From positions 1-47,928 of IMG/VR virus record IMGVR_UViG_3300020582_000001: DNA of 47,928 nt; one strand, written 5' to 3'. Position numbers and translations under genes: made by a program. The stretch is from a virus. The notes under the pieces were generated by a model. The model saw only the letters and a list, made by a program, of their open reading frames with translations. It searched no databases and was not told the origin of the DNA. Below, piece after piece: positions 8,232-18,600 of the stretch (position 1 is the stretch's first letter; every line of letters begins with the position of its first letter).

Positions 8232-8909
8232 ATGGCTGAATACACTACTAGCGTAGATATCGCCAACAAGGCTCTGCAACATCTCGGCGCACCGCTGATC
8301 GCCACCCTGGCGGACAACAGCAAGAACGCCGTGCAGATGAATTTCGCCTACGACAAATGTCGGCAGGCTGAACTCCGCTCTCACGTCTGGCAGTTCTCAA
8401 TCGCCTATTCTACTCTCGCGGCTGCCAGCCCTGCCACCCAAGCTTTCCAAAATGGGGCAGTCCGCAATAGGTTTACGCTGCCAGCCAACTACGTTCGTAT
8501 GGCCCAGCAAGACCCGCACACTGCTGGTGTTTCTAACCAGAATGTGACGGCTGGCCTCCAGTGGTCCGACTATTCTGTAGAGGGTACGATCCTTCTCACC
8601 GCGAACCCAAGCGTCCTTCTTCGGTACGCATCGGACATTACCACCGTCACGGCCTTCGATGCGCTGTTCGATGAAGCCCTGGCGGCTCGCCTGGCGTTCG
8701 ACACGTGCGAAGTCATCACTCAGAACCTCAATAAGCGTGGGCAGATGGCACAGATTTACGCTGAGCGTATCGCTATGGCCCAAACCCTCAACTTGATTGA
8801 GACCGCTGCTGATGAGCCGACTGAGCTTGAAGCGATGTTCTCGCGCATTAATCAGAACCCTAATGGGCCTGTGCAACCACAACAGGGTGGTGGTAGAGGG
8901 CAACGGTAA
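8232..8909 (+). CDS. Head-tail adaptor / tail tubular protein A (T7 gp11-like)
   Basis: N-terminus VDIANKALQHLGAPLIATLADNSKNAVQMNFAYDKCRQAELRSHVWQF follows the pattern of T7 gp11 as I recall it (..NDILASIGEPPVSTLEGD....ARRILNKINRQIQSRGWTF). It lies just upstream of the nozzle gene. Confidence 0.7.
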   Translation: MAEYTTSVDIANKALQHLGAPLIATLADNSKNAVQMNFAYDKCRQAELRSHVWQFSIAYSTLAAASPATQAFQNGAVRNRFTLPANYVRMAQQDPHTAGVSNQNVTAGLQWSDYSVEGTILLTANPSVLLRYASDITTVTAFDALFDEALAARLAFDTCEVITQNLNKRGQMAQIYAERIAMAQTLNLIETAADEPTELEAMFSRINQNPNGPVQPQQGGGRGQR

Positions 8910-10423
8910 TGGACGCCTTCAAGGCTCCAGTTGACATCTACAATCGGGCCGCTCAGCATATGCACCTGCCTCGTATCGCTGCTCCTGGTGATATGTCTCA
9001 GGTAGCGCAGGAGCTAAACTTCGCCTACGACAAGATCAGACAGGCCGAACTACGCCGCAATCTCTGGAGGTTTGCCACCAGGAGGCAGCAAGTCAGGCCG
9101 CTCGACTACACGACGATGATTATAAAGCCCTTGTTGTGGCAGGCACCTACAGCCTACCCTGCCGGGGCCATCGTCTCTTATCCGCTGGGCAACTATTGGA
9201 TTAGCCGGTTGCCTAACACCAATCAGGTGCCGAGCAACACCACGGTAGACAGCTACGGCGAACTGGTGTGGGATAGCTACTTCGGCCCTCTCACCGCGCA
9301 ATCTTGGAACCATCAGGTGCCCGGTCAACCTGAGCCGTCGCAAGGCAGCGGGGGTAGTGCCGCGTATGATACCCCTGGTTCCGAGAACTACCAGGCTGGT
9401 GAGCTTGCTTTTGTCCCTATAGGGAATGGCACCGCAGTCCTGTTCCAATGCCTCCAGGGCACCAACATTGGGCCTCTTGAAGCCGAAGGATATGTAGACA
9501 ACCACTATTACAACAAGGGGCAGATTGTCTCTTGGCCTAGCTCGGCGACCTTCATCTTGGGGCCGAATGGTGATACACTATCTGATGCGTCTGGTCTAGG
9601 CAATGTTCTATACCAGAGCACCAGCGACATCAACATCGGCAATGATCCCCAACTCACTCAACTTGGTCCTGGCTCTGGTGGGGCACCGCCTTGGGATGGC
9701 GTCACCAGTTTTGTGGTTTCAGACTACGCTTACGGAACTGACAATCAAATCTATCTATGTGTAGCACCCAGCACTGGCAACTACCCCGATGGTGTGGACG
9801 AGCAAGGGAATGTGGTTACTCCTGGCTCCAATCCTGTCACCGATTATGCCAACGCCTTCTGGCAGCCGCAGTATATGTATATGGGTATGTGGCAACCACT
9901 CGCCACCAATCCCGGTGCTCTGTCTATCCACTGGCAGCAGATACAAGCCAATCTGGTTCCGATCACCCTCGCGTGGCCAAGAGGCTCAAGAGGCTGGCCA
10001 GTCGGCACCGGCCCCGCATCAGAAGAGACGAGCAGCAATATCTATCGGCTCCCGGCGAACTGGATGCGCAGGGCAGCGGAAGACCCGAAATCGGACCTGG
10101 CTCCCTACCTGGGTGGACCGAGCTTCATCAACTACAAGGATTGGGTATTCGAGGGCGATTGGATGATAAGTCATCTGACGGGTCCAGTTCTATTCCGTTT
10201 CGTCGCCGACGTGCAGGACGTTACCGCATTCGATCCCATGTTCGCTGAGGCATTGGCCCTGGCCCTGGCGATTGAGTGTGCTTCTGCTTGTGGCAGTAAA
10301 CGTCCTCTCAATGAGATTGTTAGTCTCTATAAGAACGTGATTGAGGATGCCCGCACGGTGGACGCCATCGAACAGGGCATGACAACCGAACCCGATGATT
10401 TGCTAATAGCCGTCAGATTTTAG
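8909..10423 (+). CDS. Enlarged paralog of the gp11-like adaptor (504 aa)
   Basis: N-terminus VDIYNRAAQHMHLPRIAAPGDMSQVAQELNFAYDKIRQAELRRNLWRFA and C-terminus VLFRFVADVQDVTAFDPMFAEALALALA align by eye with 8232..8909 (VLLRYASDITTVTAFDALFDEALAARLA). About 280 extra residues sit in the middle. Confidence 0.7.
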   Translation: MDAFKAPVDIYNRAAQHMHLPRIAAPGDMSQVAQELNFAYDKIRQAELRRNLWRFATRRQQVRPLDYTTMIIKPLLWQAPTAYPAGAIVSYPLGNYWISRLPNTNQVPSNTTVDSYGELVWDSYFGPLTAQSWNHQVPGQPEPSQGSGGSAAYDTPGSENYQAGELAFVPIGNGTAVLFQCLQGTNIGPLEAEGYVDNHYYNKGQIVSWPSSATFILGPNGDTLSDASGLGNVLYQSTSDINIGNDPQLTQLGPGSGGAPPWDGVTSFVVSDYAYGTDNQIYLCVAPSTGNYPDGVDEQGNVVTPGSNPVTDYANAFWQPQYMYMGMWQPLATNPGALSIHWQQIQANLVPITLAWPRGSRGWPVGTGPASEETSSNIYRLPANWMRRAAEDPKSDLAPYLGGPSFINYKDWVFEGDWMISHLTGPVLFRFVADVQDVTAFDPMFAEALALALAIECASACGSKRPLNEIVSLYKNVIEDARTVDAIEQGMTTEPDDLLIAVRF

Positions 10424-10431
10424 GATAAGAA

Positions 10432-10689
10432 ATGGCAACCTTGACCCTAGCTACTATGTCGGCAGCCCAGGTGCTCGCGACCAAGCTCATCACCGTCAAC
10501 CAGGCCCTCACTACCCTGGCGGGCAACCCAGCCTTGTCAACGCCGCTTCTGTCCTTTGCAGGCTTCCCGCCCGTCCCTACTGACCTGGTGTCTAGCTCAG
10601 TTTTCAACGCAGCTTTCACTAGCGTTCTACAGGCTGAACAGACCGCCTTAGTAGCGGCCCTCGAAGCCCTCGGGGCACCCACGACCTAA
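10432..10689 (+). CDS. Hypothetical small virion-module protein (85 aa)
   Basis: ATG 9 nt after the upstream stop; its stop overlaps the nozzle start (TAATG). Confidence 0.55.
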   Translation: MATLTLATMSAAQVLATKLITVNQALTTLAGNPALSTPLLSFAGFPPVPTDLVSSSVFNAAFTSVLQAEQTALVAALEALGAPTT

Positions 10690-13439
10690 TGTCTCGTGCC
10701 AGTTATACCCAGCCTAATTTCCTTGGTGGTGAGTGGTCCCCATCAGCACAGGGTAGATTAGACCTTCCTCAATACAGGATGGCTCTAGCTCTCTGTCGTA
10801 ATGCCATCGTAAGTGAAACAGGCTCGGTCAATCGTCGATCAGGTACAAGGTTTATATCTCCTACCAATAATGGTCTGGAGGCATTTGTATATACCCTGAC
10901 ACTCGGTCAGCTTGAGAATTATATTATCTGCGAGACCTATGACGGATCGAACTTGATCCTGCATTTCTTTCGTGGCAACCATGTCGTCACGTCAAATGAT
11001 GAAGTGGGGATTAGCAACATCAGCACGGCAACCCCTGCTGAGATTACCACGGCTTCGCCCACACTTTGGGGAACGGGAACCCATATCAGGCTCCAAGTTG
11101 CCCCTCTAGCTACGCACGCTTGGTCCCCCCTGGTGAACCGGGATTTCGTCGTCACCAAGATCGACACTACCCATTTCACCTTAGCTGACGGGATCACGGA
11201 TGCTGCCGTGGTGGGTACAACTTTTGTAGGTACCCAACCTTCCATCCAAGCAGCGTCGGTTGCAGGTTGGGACCCGAGCCAATTCGCTGGCACTGAGCTA
11301 GTTCTATTCAACGTTTTTACCGCGTTGGAGAACGGTATAATGGTGCCGACTTCTCATTTTGCGGGTGCCGGCAACCCCCAGGTCATTGAGGTTACTACTC
11401 CGCAGACCGTTTCAACCTGGGCCAATTTCCAAACTACCCCACTAATCTTTCAGGACGGGCCGTACCAAGACCCGATTACAGATACGCTTACCCTTACGGT
11501 AATCTCCAGTCCTTCATACACATTTACAGCGGCGGCAGGGGATTTCACTTCCAATCAGATTGGCAACCCCATTAGCATTGTTCTGGTGGCAAACCTTTGG
11601 GTAAGTGGCACAGACTACGCTGCTAACCAGGTTGTGGTGACAGACCCTATTACCAATGGGCAGTTCATCAACATCAACACTACGGCTCTTAGCGCTACCA
11701 ATCTTGGGAACCTCCCATCCATCAGCGCAAACTTTTGGGCTCCCTATGCCAATGGCGCAGTCAGGGTGAATGGGTCGATCGCATCTATCAATTCCACCAC
11801 GTCAATCGTTGTGACCCTTGATACTAGCGTACCCCCGCTCTCTAGCTATTTTCCACAGACCTATCAGCTTTCATTGTACAGCGACAAAAACCAGCTTTGG
11901 CCAGTCTGTGGAGTGTTCCATGAAGGACGCGTATGGTTTGGCGATACTGGTCAGAATATCAACGGGTCTTCGGTCTTTGGGTTTAGCGCTCCCTATGCGA
12001 ATATGAGCCCGTCCGATACTTATCAGGAAGTCCTGGATAGTAGTGGTATAAATGAACAAATCATTGGCCCTGGTTCCAATCCGATCTTTTGGTTGGCTCC
12101 TGATGCTGGAGGTATCTTGTTTGGCACCCAGGCTGGTGAGTGGCTTATTCAAGCTTCCAATGAACAGAACCCGCTTACCCCCACTAGTTTCCAGGCCCAC
12201 CAATATACTAAGTTCGGGAGCCTGGATACCGCTCAGCCGGTGCGTCCTGGCTTAGCTATCGTCTTCATTGATCGCTATTCGCAGCGGCTTATGGAGTACA
12301 TCACTGATCCGTTCACCCGGAAATTCTCAGGGCGTCCCCTAAATCTAAATGCTCGTGGCCTGGGGAGACAGTCAGAAGACGTAGCTGGTATGACAGTGCT
12401 GGCATATTCCGAGACACCCGATCCGATCATCTGGACCTTGGGGAACAATGGTGGTTTCCTCGGCTGCACCTATCGCCGTCTCAGTGCCTTCACCACGGAA
12501 GCCCCGCTCTACAATGCTTTCCATCTCCATACATTAGGAAGTGGCTGGGGTATTTCATATCTCTGTGGCAGCTACACGTCAGATGGTGCCAATGACCAAC
12601 CCTACTTCGTTACCCAGGATAGTAATGCGGTACACTATGTCGAGAGCCTTTATCCTCAATTCACTGACAACGATACGCTTCTAACAGCTTGGCCCGTCGA
12701 TGAGGGAGTAACCGGGATTGAGTTTGGCACCCTTCAAGGCGGTGGCAATGATGGAGGCCCGCTACGTTGTGAGGGTTGCTATGGAGTTGATGATGGCGCG
12801 GGTCACATAGTCTTCTCAGGTTTGTGGTACTTCGTCGGTGATACCCTCACTGTATGGCTCGGTGGTCTCGACTTCCAAGATTACGTGGTGGCAGCAGATG
12901 GAACGATCACTGTCCCGTATGCGGCAGACGTGAAGGGGATCGGCACCCAAGCGTACCTTGAGAGTTTGAACGGGCTGAACCTCCCGCCTGCTAATTCTCA
13001 ATGGCCTAGTGTATCTCAACTGCCGACTATCCCCATTTTGATTAGCGGCACCACTTACAATGTACCTGGTGTCATTGGGTTCAAATTCACCACGGAGATA
13101 CAGAGACTTCGGCCTGACGATCAAGAGACCGCCCGCACCCAAGCTGGTTCTGCCTCGGGGCAATTGAAGCGCAACCATTGGTTCTCTGTGCTCCTGGCGG
13201 CAGGAGTTGCCAACACGATCAGCATCGGTTGTAATCCTAATGGCAACCTCTATCCTATGAGCCTGGATAACTTTGATACAGGCCAGCCCACACCTAACAA
13301 CGTGTTGTTCTCTGGCGTCTTCCGAGATACAATTGAAAGCGATTACGACCTAGACGGGCAAATGTATCTAGTGCTCACCAGGCCCGCGCCATTCGTTCTT
13401 AACTCATTGACCGGATTTATGGAAGTGAATGAGCTATAA
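10689..13439 (+). CDS. Tail nozzle / tail tubular protein B (T7 gp12-like)
   Basis: 916 aa. N-terminus QPNFLGGEWSPSAQGRLDLPQYRMALALCRNAIVSETGSVNRRSGTRF fits the xNxxGGxSxxxxxRxDxxxY...N....GxxxxRxGTxF signature I associate with podovirus gp12-type proteins. Size and position after the adaptor agree. Confidence 0.7.
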   Translation: MSRASYTQPNFLGGEWSPSAQGRLDLPQYRMALALCRNAIVSETGSVNRRSGTRFISPTNNGLEAFVYTLTLGQLENYIICETYDGSNLILHFFRGNHVVTSNDEVGISNISTATPAEITTASPTLWGTGTHIRLQVAPLATHAWSPLVNRDFVVTKIDTTHFTLADGITDAAVVGTTFVGTQPSIQAASVAGWDPSQFAGTELVLFNVFTALENGIMVPTSHFAGAGNPQVIEVTTPQTVSTWANFQTTPLIFQDGPYQDPITDTLTLTVISSPSYTFTAAAGDFTSNQIGNPISIVLVANLWVSGTDYAANQVVVTDPITNGQFININTTALSATNLGNLPSISANFWAPYANGAVRVNGSIASINSTTSIVVTLDTSVPPLSSYFPQTYQLSLYSDKNQLWPVCGVFHEGRVWFGDTGQNINGSSVFGFSAPYANMSPSDTYQEVLDSSGINEQIIGPGSNPIFWLAPDAGGILFGTQAGEWLIQASNEQNPLTPTSFQAHQYTKFGSLDTAQPVRPGLAIVFIDRYSQRLMEYITDPFTRKFSGRPLNLNARGLGRQSEDVAGMTVLAYSETPDPIIWTLGNNGGFLGCTYRRLSAFTTEAPLYNAFHLHTLGSGWGISYLCGSYTSDGANDQPYFVTQDSNAVHYVESLYPQFTDNDTLLTAWPVDEGVTGIEFGTLQGGGNDGGPLRCEGCYGVDDGAGHIVFSGLWYFVGDTLTVWLGGLDFQDYVVAADGTITVPYAADVKGIGTQAYLESLNGLNLPPANSQWPSVSQLPTIPILISGTTYNVPGVIGFKFTTEIQRLRPDDQETARTQAGSASGQLKRNHWFSVLLAAGVANTISIGCNPNGNLYPMSLDNFDTGQPTPNNVLFSGVFRDTIESDYDLDGQMYLVLTRPAPFVLNSLTGFMEVNEL

Positions 13440-14041
13440 TGGCTGACGCAGGTTCTTTCACACCGGATGTAACTAGTCCTGGGGATCAAACCTTTGGGGC
13501 TGGTGGTAGCATATTGGCTGGCATCAGCGGTGGCGACCTTACTGCTGCTGGTGGTATCGCCAGTGCTGCGGGTTCCCTCTTCGGCGCTATTGGTAGTTCA
13601 CAGGCTTCTGAGGCTCAGGCTTCTGGATACGAACAGGAAGCTGCGCTCTACACCCAAGCATCTAACATCTCTGAGCAGGACGTGCAGATTGCTGGAGCGG
13701 AAGGCCAGGTTCAGACGGCTGCTGTTAAGCGCCAAATCGCTCAGACTGAGGGCACGGCTGCTGCGGTTGAGGGGGCTGGGGGCACTGGCCCTGGCGGCAG
13801 CAACGCAGCTATCGCTAATGAGAGCAATATCCAAGGCAACCTCGCTGTCGCTCAGACCAATCTCCAGACGCAGCTACAGAAGAATAGCTACCAACAACAG
13901 GCGACAGCTTACCAGGCTCAGTCAGCAGGAGCTACAGCAGCAGCCCAAGCAGCTAAGGCAGCCTCCAGTTCTGGCTTGCTTGGCGGCATCCTCGGTGCCG
14001 TAGGATCAATCGCGAAGATCGCTCTCCCGTTTCTCCCATAG
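13439..14041 (+). CDS. Internal virion protein (gp13/gp14-like position), Ala/Gly/Gln-rich
   Basis: 200 aa, low complexity (AGGIASAAGSLFGAIGSS..., QAQSAGATAAAQAAKAASSSG). TAATG coupling to the nozzle gene. Confidence 0.6.
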   Translation: MADAGSFTPDVTSPGDQTFGAGGSILAGISGGDLTAAGGIASAAGSLFGAIGSSQASEAQASGYEQEAALYTQASNISEQDVQIAGAEGQVQTAAVKRQIAQTEGTAAAVEGAGGTGPGGSNAAIANESNIQGNLAVAQTNLQTQLQKNSYQQQATAYQAQSAGATAAAQAAKAASSSGLLGGILGAVGSIAKIALPFLP

Positions 14042-14049
14042 GAGTTTAG

Positions 14050-15687
14050 ATGCCGACTATCCCGATCTATGAAGCACCAGCTAGAGAAGTTGCGATCCCG
14101 GATCGTGGCGTCGAAGCTCTGGCTCAGGCCGGCAGACGGCTAGGGCAGCTTGGTAACGAGCGGGCTGCGGACATCTCTCGTGGTGCTGAGGATATAGCTC
14201 GTGGCGCTGCGCAGTTCGGCAACGACCTGGAGAACGCTGGCAAACTACAGACTGCCAATGCGGGCAACGCGGAAGTCCTAAACCTGGGGGCTCAAGCTGC
14301 AATCACCAACAACGCACTAACCCAGGCTTGGCAGCAGACGCTCGCGGGGTCCAACCCTACTGATCCTAATGTCAAGCAGAAGTTCATCGAGAACAATGTT
14401 GCGCCTGCCTACCAGGACTTGCTGAGCCAGGCTACTACGCCAGAAGGCAAACGCTGGATAGCCGAGCACGCAGCCCAGCAGGAAACTAGTTGGGATCATC
14501 TCACCAGTGCAGGCCAGGCTCAGCTTGTAAACACCCAAGCCACCACGGCTTACAGCACCGCCTTCGAGCATCTGAGTAGCAGCGTTGCCCTTGACCCCAA
14601 GCATCTTCCTGATGCACTCACTACTCTCCGTTCCCTCACCGACAATGTGATCGGTGCTGTTGGTGGCACACAGACCGCTGAGGATGCTGCTAAGCTCTCA
14701 GGCCCAATCTACCAGGAGCGAGCCAGGGCATTAGTGCAGCAAGCCTACACATCAGCGCTACGCGATAATCCCAACATGGACATGACCGCCTTCAAACAGA
14801 AGTACGGCGACATCATGGGTGGTGAGGGGATCGAACACCTAGACCAGACACAACATGTGTTCCAGGACCAGGCCCGTAAGACTGCTGATGAAGACCGTAC
14901 CGCGCAAGAGCGCCAGGCTAAAGACCTATCCACTCAGAACTCACAGGCTGCTATCGGGCAGTTAATTAATCCTCAGACCGGGCAATACGTTGGTCCAACG
15001 GCTGGTAGCAACTGGCGGCTAAATGTTGTGACTGCTATTGGCAAGGGGCAGCTTACTCGCGAGGATGGCTCAGCCCTACTCGGCCTCCAGGATCGCCTAT
15101 CCAAACCGCAGCAGGAACCCAATGACCCAGCTACCTTCCAACACTTCATGCAGCTTGCCGGTAGAGCACCTGATGACCCGCAGCGGCCGACGCTTGATCA
15201 GGTGTATGACACCATTGGTAGAGGGCTCGACCTAGCGCATGGGAGGATGGTGATCGACGCCATCCAACGGAAATCCCCGCAAGACATCGCCGACACCCAG
15301 CAGTTCAATGCGGATGCTGGTGCTCTAGCTGCGGCGGCTGGACAGATGGGCGGCAACATGGCAGCTAATGCCTATGCTGCTGTCGAGGCTCGCCGGCTAT
15401 TCACAGATGGGTTCGCCAAGGCTAGGGCTGGTGGTTACACATCGGAGTATCTATCTCCAGATGGCCCGCGATCCTACACGAAGACCATCGACTTGAATAA
15501 GATCGCACAGGCAGCGACGAACAGTTCCGTGCACCCTGTTGCTGTTCCTACAACTCCAGTGCGCACTCAACCTAGCAATACTGGTAGCGGAGTGGTTCCT
15601 ATTCCACCCCCCACTCCCCCCAAGCTCGGCCACTTCTTCCAACCTGGTGAGAGTGCGGATCAGTATTTGCGTAGGGAAGCTCAGTAA
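14050..15687 (+). CDS. Internal virion protein (gp15-like position)
   Basis: 545 aa, helical and Ala/Gln-rich. SD ggag lies 7 nt upstream. Its stop overlaps the next start (TAATG). Confidence 0.6.
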   Translation: MPTIPIYEAPAREVAIPDRGVEALAQAGRRLGQLGNERAADISRGAEDIARGAAQFGNDLENAGKLQTANAGNAEVLNLGAQAAITNNALTQAWQQTLAGSNPTDPNVKQKFIENNVAPAYQDLLSQATTPEGKRWIAEHAAQQETSWDHLTSAGQAQLVNTQATTAYSTAFEHLSSSVALDPKHLPDALTTLRSLTDNVIGAVGGTQTAEDAAKLSGPIYQERARALVQQAYTSALRDNPNMDMTAFKQKYGDIMGGEGIEHLDQTQHVFQDQARKTADEDRTAQERQAKDLSTQNSQAAIGQLINPQTGQYVGPTAGSNWRLNVVTAIGKGQLTREDGSALLGLQDRLSKPQQEPNDPATFQHFMQLAGRAPDDPQRPTLDQVYDTIGRGLDLAHGRMVIDAIQRKSPQDIADTQQFNADAGALAAAAGQMGGNMAANAYAAVEARRLFTDGFAKARAGGYTSEYLSPDGPRSYTKTIDLNKIAQAATNSSVHPVAVPTTPVRTQPSNTGSGVVPIPPPTPPKLGHFFQPGESADQYLRREAQ

Positions 15688-18600
15688 TGGCTGACACGAT
15701 GCCCCCGGCACCCGCTCCCGCCGTTCAGGACGCTGCTGTAGCTGCTCGGGTTGAAGGTGGGCATACGTGGGGAGACATCAACAACCACGTCACCCAGGCT
15801 GCTGGGGCGGCCGTGGACGCAGGGTATCACCCCGACACTGTTGCAGCCTACCAAGGCAATGCCCCCGCCTCTACAGCCGTTGAGAACGCCGAGACCCACC
15901 ATGCAGTGGCGGCACACTCGCCCCCGGGGGATGAGACCAAGGCGATGCGCTTCAACTACGCTGACGCCGTGCTCAATGGCTCTGTTGAGGGGCCTACTCA
16001 GTTCGCCAAGAGTTGGGATGCAGGCAAGGCAGCGGCGGCACAGAGCGCTTTAGGCCCCCGTTCAACGCCCGCTGAAACCGTGCCATCCACTGAAAAGGTG
16101 GCGGACTTCCCCAAGCCCCAGGACATTACCGACACCGCTATCTCAGCCGTGCATGACCAGGGCTTGCCGCTCACCCCAAACAACATCAACACGGCGAAGC
16201 AAAACTTGGCGAAGGGATGGGTTAACACTGGCACACCCCCGGCACAGATAGCGCAGCAGGCCCCCGATTGGGTAACGAAGGCTCCATCGGCCCCCGTCAG
16301 CGACACCGTGCTCGGTATCTTTAGTGAGATTGAAAGCCACGGACGCAATGTTCCCCCGAGGACAATTCAAGGCAATGGCCACACCGAAAACGTCACTGGC
16401 CCCTGGCAGGTCACTGATGACACGGCTAAGTCGTATGGGGCTGATCCTGCTAAGCTCACTGACCCCGCCTATAACAAGCAAGTTGCTGGCACCATCCTCA
16501 CTGACTTGTCTCGCCGCTACAATGGTGACTTGCAAGCGATGGCGGTGGCCTACAATGCCGGCCCAGGGACAGCAGACCGGTGGATAAGAGATGGTCGTGA
16601 TCCCAGCGTTCTGTCACAAGAGACACAGAATTATCTAAAGACTTTGAGCACCATTGCTCCTGGCATGGGAGACCTTACACAAGGCCACCGCGATGCTGTC
16701 TATGATCCCCTTACCTCCAGTGGCGTACCGAGTGAGGAACCCGATCTAGCTGCCGGCTGGGCCGCGCTAAAGGGCCTTCCTGCTGATATCCAGAAGGTGA
16801 TCGACGACAACAGCAAGCCCCCTGAGCCTACGATGGGTCAGGAGATGGAGAAGACCAAGCCCGAAGATCAGGATCGGTCAATCAGCATCGCTCTCGGCTT
16901 CGCTGGTGCTGGCCCCGGTAAGATAGCTGGTGACGTGCTGCGCGCATACATGGGGCCGGCGAGAGCAGCAGCCTACGACTTCTCCCTAGCTGGCAAAAGT
17001 GCTGCTACCGACGTGGTGACTGAGGCTCAGGGTTTAATCAAACAGAAGACCGCTGTTGCTGCGGCTGCCCTGGAACAGTATCGTTCCCTGATAAATAGCA
17101 AGCTTGTAGCCTACAAGCAATGGATTGACCTACCTAACAAGGGCAACCAGCCTGTTCCAGAGATACAGCATCTCATCAATTACGTCGAGGGCATACCGGG
17201 CGTACAAATTGGTGGTGGGATGAAAGACCTGGCTGATGCAATGCGTGGCATTTATCATGATACCAGGACTAGCATCGAAAACACTATCCCAAATATGAAG
17301 TCATTCGTTGACGATTACTATCGTCATATGTGGACGGACCCGGTGAAGGCAACCCAGGCATTTGCTGGCCGGACGGGTAGCTCAGCGTCCCTCAAGCTAC
17401 GGACGATCCCCACGCTCGCCGAAGGTATCCTCACTCATGGACTGGTGCCACGCATTCTCGACCCGATTGAGAATACGCTGGCCTACGTTCATTCGATGCA
17501 AAGCTACCTGGCGAACCACACTGTCCGCGAGATTGGTGCGAGCATCGGCCAGGTCAAATACAGCACCAGTGGGCCACCAGTCGGGACCAATTGGGTAAAG
17601 CTGAAAGGCGCATCCTCCAACACCTTTCAAGGTCAAGCCTATGCTCCACCTGGCTGGGCTAGGGTCTATAACTCCTGGGTAGGGCGGGGTGTCTATGATT
17701 GGTCTAACCCTATGTGGGGGAAAATCTATGACAAGCTGCTGGTGGCAAGCAATACTATGACCGCCTTGAAGCTCGGGCTCAGCGGCTACCATGCCTGGAA
17801 CATCGCGCAGGAAACCATTACCTCGGGGCTCTCGAAAGCCTTTGGCAATTTGGAGCATGGTGAACTCGGTCGAGGGCTGGCTGAGCTTGGCTTAACCGCC
17901 ACAGTTGCCCCCAAGATCGTGAAGAATTTGTATCGTGGTAGAGAGCTTAGACTGGCCTACCTGGAGACTGCCGGTGCCCATCCTGATGACGTGGCTTTGA
18001 TGAAGCTCGCTGCTCGTTCGGGGGTGCGTGTGACTAAGCCAGCAGTCTATCAGGGTGCCGGGATACCCAACTACGTAAAAGCGTACCAGGCGGGCTCCTT
18101 GAAGTTCCAGATGAAGGAACAATTGTCGAAGTTGGCCGGGGCTCCTGGTGAAACCAAGCTGGCGACCGGGCTCCTAGCGCCTGGCCGTGCCACAGAGTTC
18201 TTTGCCAACCAAATCGGCAGCACCTTCTCCACTATCATGTCTCCCCTGTTCGACATGGCCATCCCCGCGCTAAAGAATGCAGCTTGGGCTGACGAGATGG
18301 AAATGTACATTCGCAACAATCCCAATGCCACCATGAGTGAACTGCTCGCGCATGGTAGGCCGTTATCCAACCATATGGATGACGTGTTCGGAGAGATGCA
18401 GCAAGACAATCTCTATTGGGCTCGGGGCTTCAAGCAAGCGATGAACCTCCTCACCGTCTCCGTAGGTTGGGAGTATGGCACCCTGCGCGCCTTTGGCACC
18501 GGAGCTAAGGACATCTTTGGTGTAGATGGTCTCACTCCCCGCTCACGTTGGCTGATCGCGTTCCCTATTATGAATGCCTCTATCGCCAACACATATCAGT

